This document shows positions 17,361 through 26,932 of a stretch of 64,000 nucleotides of DNA, in pieces. Each line of letters opens with the position of its first letter. Positions within the stretch are counted from its first letter, which is position 1. The stretch covers positions 19,978 through 83,977 of the IMG/VR virus record IMGVR_UViG_3300044645_001738, one strand, 5' to 3'. The translations under genes and the position numbers were made by a program. Source of the DNA: a virus. Lineage: Duplodnaviria > Caudoviricetes. The notes beneath the pieces are model-generated. The model saw nothing but the letters and a program-made list of their open reading frames with translations. It did not search any database and had not been told where the DNA came from.

Positions 17361-18032
17361 ATGGCAAATTTGATTGCTCAGGTTTCCGAACTCAACGCTC
17401 GGCTCAACATTCGCTATTTGCGAAATGCAAATCAATGTGACGACAAGACCCTCGATGAGTACGGCTACTACCGGGGCTACGTGTGTCCGCACAACCACGA
17501 CATACGTGACCAGGAAAACCATTGGTGTTACTACTGTGTCCAGAAAATCTGGAAGAACGTCTGTGGTTTTGACATCAACTATCTGGATCCCAACTACAAA
17601 CACAAATACGCCGCGATCTGGAACCGAATCAATGTCACAACCATGGATGAGTGCTGGCACATACGTGGCAATTCCAAACGTGCGTGCCTTCCTTCTTACC
17701 GTTCTCACTACGCCAAGCAATCATCTGAATACGTCTCGCTCCATAAAGCGGTCTACCAGTGCGCGTGGGGAGATGTTGGTAAGTTTTTTGTGACTCGCGT
17801 GTGTGGCAATCCGGAATGTTTTAATCCTGTACACATGCTTTCCAGCTGGAACAGGGACTATCCCCCTGGCCGCATTCACCCACTCGTCTTGGAATTTGAG
17901 CCAAGTAAATTGATGTGCTATGCCAGGGCGCGGAAGAAAGTACAGGCTGACTCTCTGGCTGCCACGCAGTACAAACAAACGATTACCAATCCACGGGAAG
18001 CAGCACCACCACCTGAATACGATGAGGGTTGA
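17361..18032 (+). CDS. His-Me/HNH zinc-loop protein, possibly catalytically inactive
   Basis: DECWH..HKAVY..VTRVCGNPECFNPVHM where V.H.C.N..C.NP.HL is expected; extra N-terminal CPHNH..CYYC. Confidence 0.7.
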   Translation: MANLIAQVSELNARLNIRYLRNANQCDDKTLDEYGYYRGYVCPHNHDIRDQENHWCYYCVQKIWKNVCGFDINYLDPNYKHKYAAIWNRINVTTMDECWHIRGNSKRACLPSYRSHYAKQSSEYVSLHKAVYQCAWGDVGKFFVTRVCGNPECFNPVHMLSSWNRDYPPGRIHPLVLEFEPSKLMCYARARKKVQADSLAATQYKQTITNPREAAPPPEYDEG

Positions 18033-18074
18033 ATTGAGCGCACTTACAATAAGGAAAAGGAATTATATCAAATA

Positions 18075-19019
18075 ATGTCGCGCAACCCGGCTATTGCCCA
18101 AGCCAATCGCAGTAAATCAAATCCATTGGTACTTGGTACCTTTAGTACAACTTCACTGCGCTATCTAAAGGGTAAGCTGGGCCCGCAAAATAAAGTCATT
18201 GGCTACAAGGATACCAACCAAACGTCAAACGGTGGCTTCGGCGGTGGCACCTACAACCATTGGTTTCAAATTAACCTTGTAATCCCTGGTTGGATTGTTG
18301 TTACCAAAGGGCCACCGCGTCCAAGCTACATTCAAATTTCTGCGTATGACTTGGATTCAATTCCTATCCAGGGACGTGGAGTTTTTGATGAAGACTCTGT
18401 GTCAATCATCAGTGACAACGAAATTTCACATCCGTACCTTGGTACGGTTATGGGCGCACAATCGAATGTATACAACTTCTTCTCAAGGTTTCGCGTCGAC
18501 CGTGGCGACGATCGCTACTACGCGCTGGAAGCGGGTGCATACTTGATTTGTGTTTCGACTACTCGCAATGAACCGCTTGATTACGAGCTTGGTCTTGTTG
18601 TTGAGTTTCCTCCAACCGAAATGTTTATCGCCCTGGAGGATGAGGGTGATATTGCTTACCTGCTCCAGGAGACCTCAATTGATTTCAGCCGTACAATCAA
18701 TGTAATTTCTCCTGTTTCTGTTAACACTGTCATTTCTAGCAGCGTAGAACAACCGAATGGATTCACCGAACTGCTTTGCGCTATTAACTCAGGCATTACC
18801 GTTACCGTGCTCGATGGTTCCACTTGGTTCATTGGTGACCAAATTCCATCTGAACAAGGTGATCAATATTGGGTAAACGTTGACACTGCAGATGATCAAG
18901 AATATTTTCTTGCCATTCACGATCACTCTCTGTCAGAATGGCAGCAAGCATGGGAGTCTGAGCACCAGGACACGGACAAGTTCCCTGATATCTTTATCCC
19001 TCTCACCAACAGACCATGA
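18075..19019 (+). CDS. hypothetical beta-rich protein, probably virion-associated
   Basis: 314-aa ORF preceded by TACAATAAG. Confidence 0.7.
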   Translation: MSRNPAIAQANRSKSNPLVLGTFSTTSLRYLKGKLGPQNKVIGYKDTNQTSNGGFGGGTYNHWFQINLVIPGWIVVTKGPPRPSYIQISAYDLDSIPIQGRGVFDEDSVSIISDNEISHPYLGTVMGAQSNVYNFFSRFRVDRGDDRYYALEAGAYLICVSTTRNEPLDYELGLVVEFPPTEMFIALEDEGDIAYLLQETSIDFSRTINVISPVSVNTVISSSVEQPNGFTELLCAINSGITVTVLDGSTWFIGDQIPSEQGDQYWVNVDTADDQEYFLAIHDHSLSEWQQAWESEHQDTDKFPDIFIPLTNRP

Positions 19020-19153
19020 TTTACCGATTGCTTTCGTTTTGGTCTCGTCTTACAAAACAAAGGCCAACCAAAACAAAAACTCAGGCACATCGTTGGTATC
19101 AGTACTGCCAGGAAAATCCACACGCTAGTTGCTGCAAGATGTATGACGTATGA
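19016..19153 (+). CDS. CP12-like mini-protein (C-terminal CP12 motif only; not in ORF track)
   Basis: 45 aa ending YCQENPHASCCKMYDV* = C-x3-P-x4-C-x2-Y-D; ATGA coupling upstream. Confidence 0.6.
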   Translation: MIYRLLSFWSRLTKQRPTKTKTQAHRWYQYCQENPHASCCKMYDV

Positions 19154-19589
19154 AGCTAAACGCTTTAGACGCTGCAAAAAGACAACAACGTATCAACTGA
19201 AAAACGGGTACATCTTTAAGATGCGCCTGATGCCGTGGCTAAGGACGGATGCTGGTTGTATTTGGCTGGCCAGCTTGGCAGTCGGCAAATCAAAACGTCA
19301 ACTTAATGACTGGCTCAATAAACGCAACAAAAAGTCGGTGCGTTCTTTAGCGGCGTCTTTGACAGGGCAAGAAGGAAACAAAATACAAGCTTTGGCTATC
19401 CGTCAAGTTCGTCATTGGGTAGCTGATTTACCGCCTGGTGATTCTTTGTGTTTAAGGTGTGAGTCTGCAGTACCAGACAAACAATTCAAGGTGTGGCGAC
19501 GTTGGTTTGAAACGCATGAAGATCCAAGGTGGAGAATAAATCCAGATCTTAAATCTTTCTATATTTATAAGCCTAGCAATTTAGAATAA
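19143..19589 (+). CDS. hypothetical basic protein
   Basis: 148-aa ORF. Confidence 0.65.
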   Translation: MTYEAKRFRRCKKTTTYQLKNGYIFKMRLMPWLRTDAGCIWLASLAVGKSKRQLNDWLNKRNKKSVRSLAASLTGQEGNKIQALAIRQVRHWVADLPPGDSLCLRCESAVPDKQFKVWRRWFETHEDPRWRINPDLKSFYIYKPSNLE

Positions 19590-19606
19590 GGAAAAAGGTA
19601 TTGATC

Positions 19607-19771
19607 ATGTCCCAATTTCAACGTTACCTGGAAATCTTGTTTGCTTTCCACGCTTTTTGTTCGTTAGTTTGTGCACTGACTCCGACGCGCAAAGACGACA
19701 CATTTATTGGTTATCTCTATCGTTTCCTTGAAGCAGGTGCTCTGTTGGTTGGCCGCGCCAAAGATCGCTGA
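19607..19771 (+). CDS. 54-aa two-helix membrane protein, holin-like (not in ORF track)
   Basis: Hydrophobic-LTPTRKDD-hydrophobic-basic tail; TAGAATAAG upstream; close to the endolysin. Confidence 0.6.
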   Translation: MSQFQRYLEILFAFHAFCSLVCALTPTRKDDTFIGYLYRFLEAGALLVGRAKDR

Positions 19772-19939
19772 TCAATCGGGCAACGCTTGAAACCACCAAG
19801 TGCATCCGCCTTGTTGCTCTACCCAATCTCGTGTTGCATACGCCGCCTCTTTCGAGAGTGTGGCGCATTTTTTTTCATCACCAACTTGCCAACACATATT
19901 GACACGTATGTGTAGATCTTTGTTTTTTGCTTTAGCCAT
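19772..19939 (-). CDS. 55-aa hypothetical protein (not in ORF track)
   Basis: MAKAKNKDLHIRVNMCWQVG..WWFQALPD*; TGATG coupling to the endolysin. Confidence 0.65.
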   Translation of the reverse strand: MAKAKNKDLHIRVNMCWQVGDEKKCATLSKEAAYATRDWVEQQGGCTWWFQALPD

Positions 19940-20946
19940 CAGTAGTCCCAGCGAATTCGCGCTTTACTTTCCCTCATTCCAAGATGGACAAATCCCTTTT
20001 TAGCACCGTAACCAACTGAGTACGGCCAATTTTTGTCACACCAGTCTTGCAGTGTGTAGACACTGACGCCATCAATGTAAAAGTCAACGGCACCTTTGGA
20101 GGGTGCGTCGTAGGTGTGCTCACTGTTTCTTGCACCACCAACTTGTGAATTAATTGGTTCCGGCCGTGAACCACTGGTAATTACCAACGGTTTGTTCCCA
20201 AATGCAGCACGTGCTTTTTCCAAGAACTTACACAGTTCCAAGGCTGTTTCACATTGATACTGTTTGGTAAAACGACGCGCCTCTTGATTCAAAGTCAATT
20301 CACCGTAGGTGATGTGTTCCGTGACTTTGGTTGTGAATGGGCTCCAGGGTTGAAATTTAGATGGCGTTTCAGGTTTTACTGCTGGCGTTGAGGGCTTGTC
20401 TTGTTTGGATAAGATGCCAATCAGTTTTGTTGCGTAGTTTGGATCAGTGGCATACCCTTCGGCAACTAAAAGCTTGGCGCATTCTTCAGCACTTTTGGCA
20501 CGATTAACACCTTGGTAGCGACCAAAGTCTTTGTACCAGCGCTCGACTAGGTAGCAAACACAGGTGTAAAGGTCGGGGAAATCAATGAATCCGGCTTTGA
20601 TCGTGACCCATTTACCGTTGAGAAATTCTTGGGTGTTGACGTTGGACCCACTTCCCTTTAATCCAAAGTAGTTGTGAGTACCTGATGTGTGTTTGCCCCA
20701 GCCTGATTCCAGTGCCCACTGCGCCGCAACAACTTCCGGATATTTACTGCCCGCTGCTTTTGCTGCGGCAAATACACCGTCCCAGGTGTTGTCAAAACTT
20801 TGGGGCGGTGTTGGTTTTTTTCGGTACATAGACGCAAAAGTCTCCAGAACCGAGGAGGAAACCTGATCCTGGAGCCAGTTAAATGCGTCAACTTGATGTG
20901 GCAGTCCTTTGAAAAACTCGGCTGCCTCGACAAATTTTATTGACAT
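19939..20946 (-). CDS. endolysin: GH73 glucosaminidase plus peptidase M15
   Basis: AAQWALESGWG, NYFGLKG, GYATDPNY; C-terminal ITSGSR..N..VGGA.NSEH..AVD..FVHLG. Confidence 0.9.
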   Translation of the reverse strand: MSIKFVEAAEFFKGLPHQVDAFNWLQDQVSSSVLETFASMYRKKPTPPQSFDNTWDGVFAAAKAAGSKYPEVVAAQWALESGWGKHTSGTHNYFGLKGSGSNVNTQEFLNGKWVTIKAGFIDFPDLYTCVCYLVERWYKDFGRYQGVNRAKSAEECAKLLVAEGYATDPNYATKLIGILSKQDKPSTPAVKPETPSKFQPWSPFTTKVTEHITYGELTLNQEARRFTKQYQCETALELCKFLEKARAAFGNKPLVITSGSRPEPINSQVGGARNSEHTYDAPSKGAVDFYIDGVSVYTLQDWCDKNWPYSVGYGAKKGFVHLGMRESKARIRWDY

Positions 20947-20987
20947 CGACCTAAAGCTTTTTACTAACTTTAGATCAGGTGTGTCAA

Positions 20988-21179
20988 TTACTCAGCAGTT
21001 TCTTCTGCCACAACTTCGGGAGTAATGGCTTCTTCTTCGGATTCCGGTTCAAACTCCAGGGTATCAACCAGTTTGCCAATGAGTTCAGCGGCAAACGCAA
21101 TAAGGTTGCCGTCACCTGTGGCACGTGCAGAACCAAAGGAGTTGATGGCGGAAACCAGTTGAGACTTTTTGCAGGCCAT
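20988..21179 (-). CDS. hypothetical protein
   Basis: 63-aa ORF with acidic tail. Confidence 0.65.
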   Translation of the reverse strand: MACKKSQLVSAINSFGSARATGDGNLIAFAAELIGKLVDTLEFEPESEEEAITPEVVAEETAE

Positions 21180-21215
21180 GTCAGTCAGTTAGCTTACGTA
21201 AAATATAGCAAATAA

Positions 21216-21539
21216 TTACCAGGGAATGCCAGACGCTGATGTTGGGTTGAGTTTTTGTTGAATCTGGTCGTTCAAACTTTTTTCAATAGAAACAACTTGA
21301 TCAACGCCAAGTGCTGCCAGTAACCAACCAACAACTTGCGATTTGGTCAGTTGATTGTACGGCGTAAAGGAACCGGAGGCTGGCTCACCTAACCCAATGC
21401 TGCCGTAAACACTGGCTACTTCACCGCTTTCTTCCAGGGATGCAGTCCAGTGGATCGTGGAAACAGCACCGTCTGGGCATGTGTCTCCATCAGGAAGATG
21501 ACGCTCAAGCTGTGCAATATCCCAGGTAACAGTAGACAT
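21216..21539 (-). CDS. tail-fibre-associated conserved phage protein
   Basis: W.I..LER..DG.V..IHW..YGS..F.PY..LT..V..W..G.PW pattern common downstream of tail fibres. Confidence 0.7.
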   Translation of the reverse strand: MSTVTWDIAQLERHLPDGDTCPDGAVSTIHWTASLEESGEVASVYGSIGLGEPASGSFTPYNQLTKSQVVGWLLAALGVDQVVSIEKSLNDQIQQKLNPTSASGIPW

Positions 21540-21591
21540 GTTGATAAATGTTTTTCTTATTTTAACAGTTTGTTCGTTTAAGTGACCTTAG

Positions 21592-22098
21592 TTAAAACCC
21601 AATCTCCAAAAATGAATGCCTTTCTGTTGACACAAACCCACTTCGTGCTTGCCTTACAGAAATCCAGTACGGCAAAATACCAAGTCTACGCCACATCCAG
21701 GCTCTCCATGTGTCGATTTTGATGTGTGTGGCGTCGGATGTTTTGTAGCCATCACCATCTTGGTAACTGTGACCTTCAATGGGAACACGCCCACCCCATA
21801 CTTGTTCTGCGATAGCAAGCGCTCGTGGCATGTGGGAGGAATCAGTGACCACAAACAAACGTGTGATGCCAAGTCGACGCAACAACTTATAGGTATGAGT
21901 GAAGTTGGTAACGGTGTCCCAGGCCTGCATGTCGATTGTAATTCGACTACGATCAATGCCAGCGGTATCGTAATAATTGAGGCCATGGTCACCCCCTTCC
22001 GAGGAGATGACCACAGCTGCGTTTGGATACTGCAAGGCAAGTTCAGCGGCCTTGGTTGCCCTAACCGGATTGCCTCCCAAGTGGAGAATAATATCCAC
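21592..22098 (-). CDS. YdcF/DUF218-family protein
   Basis: ILHLGG..R..A, AWDTVTNF, VVTDSSHMPRA. Confidence 0.8.
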   Translation of the reverse strand: MDIILHLGGNPVRATKAAELALQYPNAAVVISSEGGDHGLNYYDTAGIDRSRITIDMQAWDTVTNFTHTYKLLRRLGITRLFVVTDSSHMPRALAIAEQVWGGRVPIEGHSYQDGDGYKTSDATHIKIDTWRAWMWRRLGILPYWISVRQARSGFVSTERHSFLEIGF

Positions 22099-22100
22099 GT

Positions 22101-24572
22101 TTAGTTTCCCTCCAGTGCGGCGACTTTGGCTTCCAAGGTTTCGATGCGGGACTGTGCTTCTTGGAGAGCCTTAATAGCCATCCACATCATCTGCTGATCT
22201 TTGACGCCAAGTTGCTGCTCTCGGGCAGGCTGATCTTCAGTCGCCTCTTTGGCTTCTTGAAAAACGGTAATTACTTCTGGGCAGCTCTCGGCAACCTGCT
22301 GGGCAATGACGCCCATGTTCAGGTCAGCGTCGTCTGGCTGGTCCTTGTAGCGGAAGTTGACGATCTCCCATTCCTTCAAGTAATTCCAAGTGCCGGCAGC
22401 TGGGACAATATCTTTTTTGGCGTTGCGATCAGACAAGTTGACGTTGTTGGCGCTGAAGTTGGCTAAACCACCGTTAGAACGTATTTCTGCTCTTATGGCA
22501 GCAGTGTCGCCGCATTTAATGAAAACAGCTGTTGTATTATTTGGCGCATAGCCACTAAAATCAGTCTCAAGCAGTGCGGTAGTAAATCCACTGGTTGCAC
22601 TTCCATTTACATATAAGTTGTATTCGTTATTTGCGTGACCAAGTCTAGTTTGACCAGTACTACTAATCCTCATCCGCTCCGTGGGGCTGCTCGCACCATC
22701 GGCGGTGGTGGAGAAGACCAGGCAACCTGGATAATCGCCGCTCCCACCCGCGCCATCTGCTTCTGCAAGTATACGCGCATAATCTCCTCCACTTCCATCG
22801 GCAAACCAAATGCTGCCTAGATCGTTTCCTGCGACAATAGACGCTGAAGCCGTGGTGTTCCCTAAGGTTAATCTTCCTTCTGAGCCTCCTCCAGCAGTAT
22901 TGCCTCTAATTTGAATCAAAGAATAGTTGCTGTCGTTGACGCCACTTCCAAAAGCAGTACTCGTCCCCACCAGCAGCCTGCCGTCGCTCGTGAATCTAGC
23001 TATTTCTGAAGGGCCACCACCACCACTGGTGCCGGATTTCAAAATAATAGATTGCGTGGTGCCGAGATTAGCCGGAAATGCGTTGGCAATTATTTCTAAT
23101 CCAGACGAAGTAGGAAGTAATCGAGAATAAATATTAGTTGATGAAACAACGTTAATCGCACCAGCAACCTGTAGTAAATCGCTTCCTCCAAGTCCAACTT
23201 CAGTAGCGCTTCTGCCAACTAAGAGCCTGCCGGAGCTGTCGATGCGGAGGCGTTCGGTGCCGCCAGGGGCAAAAAAGATGTCCTTAAGTGCTCCGGTTCC
23301 GCGGAAAGAAGTACCAAATCCAAAAGCAGAACCGTTGTAACCAATACCTAGAACAGACTGGTCCGCGTTTGCTTCAATGTGAATTGCAGAAGCAAATGTG
23401 GTGTCATTTTGCTGCTTTAAGCTAATAACAGGGCGTGCAAATGTCCCAGTGGTTGGGTTGGTTGTCGTATTTGCAAGAATTGAGCCGGAGCTGTCGATGC
23501 GGAGGCGTTCGGTGTTGTTTGTGGCAAAGCGCAGGTAACCATTGCGGGGATTCCATATCTCACTATCAACGTTATTAACGGCAGTTACATTTCCAATTGT
23601 CAGCGTTTCAGTACCGTTATTTTGTAAACTTAATCCGCCAACAATGGATGAACCATCTCCGTTAATTGTTGTACGGTAAACAATACTTGGACTACTCGTC
23701 CCAATCCCCACGTTGCCGGAGCTGTCGATGCGGAGGCGTTCGGTGTTGTTTGTGCTCCAAATATGAGAACCGCCAGCGCCTCCAGTGTATAGATATGCAG
23801 ATTGATTGTTAGTTCGATCATAAATCAATAAGTTGTTTCCAACTGCCCCGCCCATGCCAATTGACATTGAGCCGCTTGTGTTCACAAAACGAATGTAACC
23901 TCCACTAGAGGCTGATGTTTCTACGCGTAGTCCTTCTCCACTACCAAACACGTGAAGCGGCGCCGCAGGACTACTCGTCCCAATCCCCACGTTGCCAACG
24001 CTGTCGATGCGGAGGCGTTCAGCGCCAACAGTTTGAAATGCAATACTCTGAGAGCTTTGGTTGGCTGCAATAGTGGCAACACCAGAAGAATCAATCCACA
24101 ACTCAAGGCGTTTTGTGCTTGCGCTTGATTCTTCTAAACGTATTTGAGCAGTGGCCGCATTGATTTGCAGCGGATACTGTGGGCTACTTGTCCCAACCCC
24201 AAGTCTGCCCGTTGAATCAATAAAAATTCTTCCTGCACCACCAGTGCTAATACCTAAAAGGTCAGTGCCAGCACCATATAAACCAGGTGCCACACTTGCG
24301 CCAACACCTACTTGAATACTTGGAGCACCAGCGCTTCCTGCTGGAACTTTAACAATTGCACCAGAAATTTGCGTGGTGTAAACACCTGATGCAAAGTTGG
24401 CAGTCGTACCAGTTACCGTTGGGGCCTGAACAATTAAACCAGAGATGGTACCTGTTGCCGTGACGTTACCAGTGAAGGTAGGGTTTTGAACTAAACCTGA
24501 AATTGCGACACTCTTATCTACGCCCGCATCCGTAAACGTAATCGTATCAACTTTGATAGTACCGTACGGCAT
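22101..24572 (-). CDS. tail fibre with C-terminal peptidase S74 chaperone
   Basis: Repeated ERLRIDSSG.VGIGTSSP modules; SDRNAKKDI..GVIAQQV..KALQE..IETLE. Confidence 0.9.
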   Translation of the reverse strand: MPYGTIKVDTITFTDAGVDKSVAISGLVQNPTFTGNVTATGTISGLIVQAPTVTGTTANFASGVYTTQISGAIVKVPAGSAGAPSIQVGVGASVAPGLYGAGTDLLGISTGGAGRIFIDSTGRLGVGTSSPQYPLQINAATAQIRLEESSASTKRLELWIDSSGVATIAANQSSQSIAFQTVGAERLRIDSVGNVGIGTSSPAAPLHVFGSGEGLRVETSASSGGYIRFVNTSGSMSIGMGGAVGNNLLIYDRTNNQSAYLYTGGAGGSHIWSTNNTERLRIDSSGNVGIGTSSPSIVYRTTINGDGSSIVGGLSLQNNGTETLTIGNVTAVNNVDSEIWNPRNGYLRFATNNTERLRIDSSGSILANTTTNPTTGTFARPVISLKQQNDTTFASAIHIEANADQSVLGIGYNGSAFGFGTSFRGTGALKDIFFAPGGTERLRIDSSGRLLVGRSATEVGLGGSDLLQVAGAINVVSSTNIYSRLLPTSSGLEIIANAFPANLGTTQSIILKSGTSGGGGPSEIARFTSDGRLLVGTSTAFGSGVNDSNYSLIQIRGNTAGGGSEGRLTLGNTTASASIVAGNDLGSIWFADGSGGDYARILAEADGAGGSGDYPGCLVFSTTADGASSPTERMRISSTGQTRLGHANNEYNLYVNGSATSGFTTALLETDFSGYAPNNTTAVFIKCGDTAAIRAEIRSNGGLANFSANNVNLSDRNAKKDIVPAAGTWNYLKEWEIVNFRYKDQPDDADLNMGVIAQQVAESCPEVITVFQEAKEATEDQPAREQQLGVKDQQMMWMAIKALQEAQSRIETLEAKVAALEGN
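23229..24020. repeat. identical nucleotide repeats within the tail fibre gene
   Basis: GCCGGAGCTGTCGATGCGGAGGCGTTCGGTG at 23229, 23484, 23715; 21-nt core at 24000; second unit GGACTACTCGTCCCAATCCCCACGTTGCC at ~23689 and ~23969. Confidence 0.85.
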
Positions 24573-24610
24573 TGTTGCTTACCTGTTTTTACTTATTTTA
24601 AGCCAAAAAA

Positions 24611-26887
24611 TTAAGGAAGGATGATTAATGGTCCTTGAATTACAAAACCAGATGCACTACCAGAAACAACACCGGAGCAAACAATGGCTGGTGTTGCACC
24701 AGAGGGAGTTGTAACCCGAAGAATACTACCGGTGATATTGGTGAATGCACCCGTAGCACCGGTCACTGTGGCGCCAGAAACTTGTGTACTGAAGTTACCG
24801 TTGACAAAGTTGGCGGTAGTACCAGTGGTTGTCGTACCGGTTAGTGATGTGAAGTTACCACTGACAGCATTTGCAGTTGTGAAATTAGCCGTTGTGCCAG
24901 TAACGGTTGTACCTGAAACAACGGTGGTAAATACACCAGATGCAAAGTTAGCCGTAGTGCCGGTAACGGTTACGCCTGTTACAACAGTAAATGCACCGCT
25001 GATACCCGTGACAGTTGTGAATTGACCCGTATTACCGGTTACGGTTGTGCCAGAGACTCGTGTGGTGAATACGCCACTGGCAAAGTTAGCGGTTGTACCC
25101 GTGACAGTTACACCAGTAACAACAGTAAATGCACCGCTTACACCAGTGATTGTTGTGCCTTGGATCGTTGTGCCGGTTACGGTAGCACCAGACAATAACG
25201 TAGTGAATACGCCAGTGACACCTGTGATTGATTGGTAGTTACCAGTGGTTGCGTTAACGGTATTACCAGTAACCGTCGCACCAGAGACTACGGTCGTGAA
25301 TACGCCAGATGCAAAGTTGGCAGTAGTACCTGTCGTGGTTGTACCAGTTAATGACGTGAAGCTACCAGTGACAGCAGTTGCAGTTGTGAATTGACCTGCA
25401 GTGCCGGTAACAGTGATGCCACTAATTGTTCCAGTGACACTAAGACCGGAAACAATAAAGCCGGATCCCAGTGTTGTTGTATTACCAGAGAATGTAAGGT
25501 TGCCGCCAAACGTTTGGTTGGTTGCCGTTAAGTTCTGGAAAATACCACTTGTGAAGTTGGCGGTTGTACCAGTGACGGTCGTACCTGAAAGCTGTGTTGT
25601 GAATACGCCTGACGCAAAGTTTGCCGTTGTGCCGGTTATGGTCACACCAGTAAGAACAGTAAATGCTCCACTGACGCCAGTGACGGTCGTGAATTGAGCC
25701 GTGGTACCGGTTACGGTTGCGCCTGATAACGATGTAGTAAAGACGCCTGTTACTCCGGTCAGCGATGTAAATGCACCACTAACACCTGTGATTGTTTGTC
25801 CTGTTAACGATGTAAATGCGCCGCTGATGCCAGTAACAGTTGTAAATCGAGCCAGGGTACCAGTTGTAGTTACACCAGTAAGTGACGTAAAGTTTCCTGT
25901 TACAGCATTTGCGGTCGTAAATTGTCCCGTGTTGCCTGTAACGGTGGCACCAGAAACAGACGTTGTGAATACACCAGTAACACCAGTAAGAGACGTATAT
26001 TGCCCAACGTTGCCAGTAATCGTGGCACCCGATAACTGTGTTGTATAAACACCGGATACACCTGTTACAGATGTAAAGACGCCTGTTGCACCAGTAATTG
26101 TGTTGCCGCTGAGCGTACCAGTGACATTGACGTTGCCCTGGAAAAGACCTGAGCCAATGAACGTACTAACGCCAGTTACCGTAAGTGTCGACTGGATAAT
26201 TCCAGTGGCGGCCGTGAGTGTCTGAAAGTTTCCTGTGGTGACGTTAGCGGTAACACCGGTGACAGTTGTCGCTTGAATGGTATTGCCCGTGATTGTGGCA
26301 CCGGATAACTGAGTTGTGAATACGCCAGAAACACCGGTGATGTTTGCACCAGAAATTGATTGGCCTGAGACCGTGGTAAATTGACCAACGTTGCCGGTAA
26401 TTGTCGCACCAGAGAGACTGGTTGTAAAAACACCGGTCACACCAGTAAGAGACTGATAGTTACCTGTGGTTGCTTGGATGTTATTGCCGGTGATAGTGGC
26501 GCCAGATACTCTGTCCGTAAATCGTCCGGACACAAAGTTTGCCATGGAGCCAGTGAAGGTTGTTCCACTGGTAGTGCCGCTGACATTTAAATTGTTTTGG
26601 ACGATAACACCGCTAAATGTTCCAAAGCCTGAGCTTGTTACTGTGCTCAGGATTGTTGTACCACTAACGGTTAAACCACCTTGAATTACAACATTGCCAC
26701 TGATTGTTTCGCCAGTGACGTTTGCATAGTATTGATCTAGGTAGGTACGGAACTGACTGAAGGTAATTTTTTTGTTGCGCAGTACCGGGTCCACTTCAAA
26801 AACGTGGACCAGCGTCATGAGGTCTTCATCAACAATCGCGGTGCCGTCAATCGACGGAAACTCGCTGATCCTTCTATTGGTGGCCAC
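24611..26887 (-). CDS. Thr/Gly-rich repeat fibre protein
   Basis: Many TVTGTTANF(A/T)SGVFTT-type repeats; N-terminal RRISEFP..D..NKKITF anchor-like domain. Confidence 0.8.
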   Translation of the reverse strand: MATNRRISEFPSIDGTAIVDEDLMTLVHVFEVDPVLRNKKITFSQFRTYLDQYYANVTGETISGNVVIQGGLTVSGTTILSTVTSSGFGTFSGVIVQNNLNVSGTTSGTTFTGSMANFVSGRFTDRVSGATITGNNIQATTGNYQSLTGVTGVFTTSLSGATITGNVGQFTTVSGQSISGANITGVSGVFTTQLSGATITGNTIQATTVTGVTANVTTGNFQTLTAATGIIQSTLTVTGVSTFIGSGLFQGNVNVTGTLSGNTITGATGVFTSVTGVSGVYTTQLSGATITGNVGQYTSLTGVTGVFTTSVSGATVTGNTGQFTTANAVTGNFTSLTGVTTTGTLARFTTVTGISGAFTSLTGQTITGVSGAFTSLTGVTGVFTTSLSGATVTGTTAQFTTVTGVSGAFTVLTGVTITGTTANFASGVFTTQLSGTTVTGTTANFTSGIFQNLTATNQTFGGNLTFSGNTTTLGSGFIVSGLSVTGTISGITVTGTAGQFTTATAVTGSFTSLTGTTTTGTTANFASGVFTTVVSGATVTGNTVNATTGNYQSITGVTGVFTTLLSGATVTGTTIQGTTITGVSGAFTVVTGVTVTGTTANFASGVFTTRVSGTTVTGNTGQFTTVTGISGAFTVVTGVTVTGTTANFASGVFTTVVSGTTVTGTTANFTTANAVSGNFTSLTGTTTTGTTANFVNGNFSTQVSGATVTGATGAFTNITGSILRVTTPSGATPAIVCSGVVSGSASGFVIQGPLIILP

Positions 26888-26932
26888 CTACTTATACTGC
26901 GCAGTATTATACCTAATTATAGTTCTCTTTGC

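Noticed and set aside
23229-24020. Repeat-spacer pattern as a CRISPR array or DGR
   Set aside because: Spacers are over 200 nt and in frame within a CDS; no cas or reverse transcriptase gene; no adenine-specific variation between copies.
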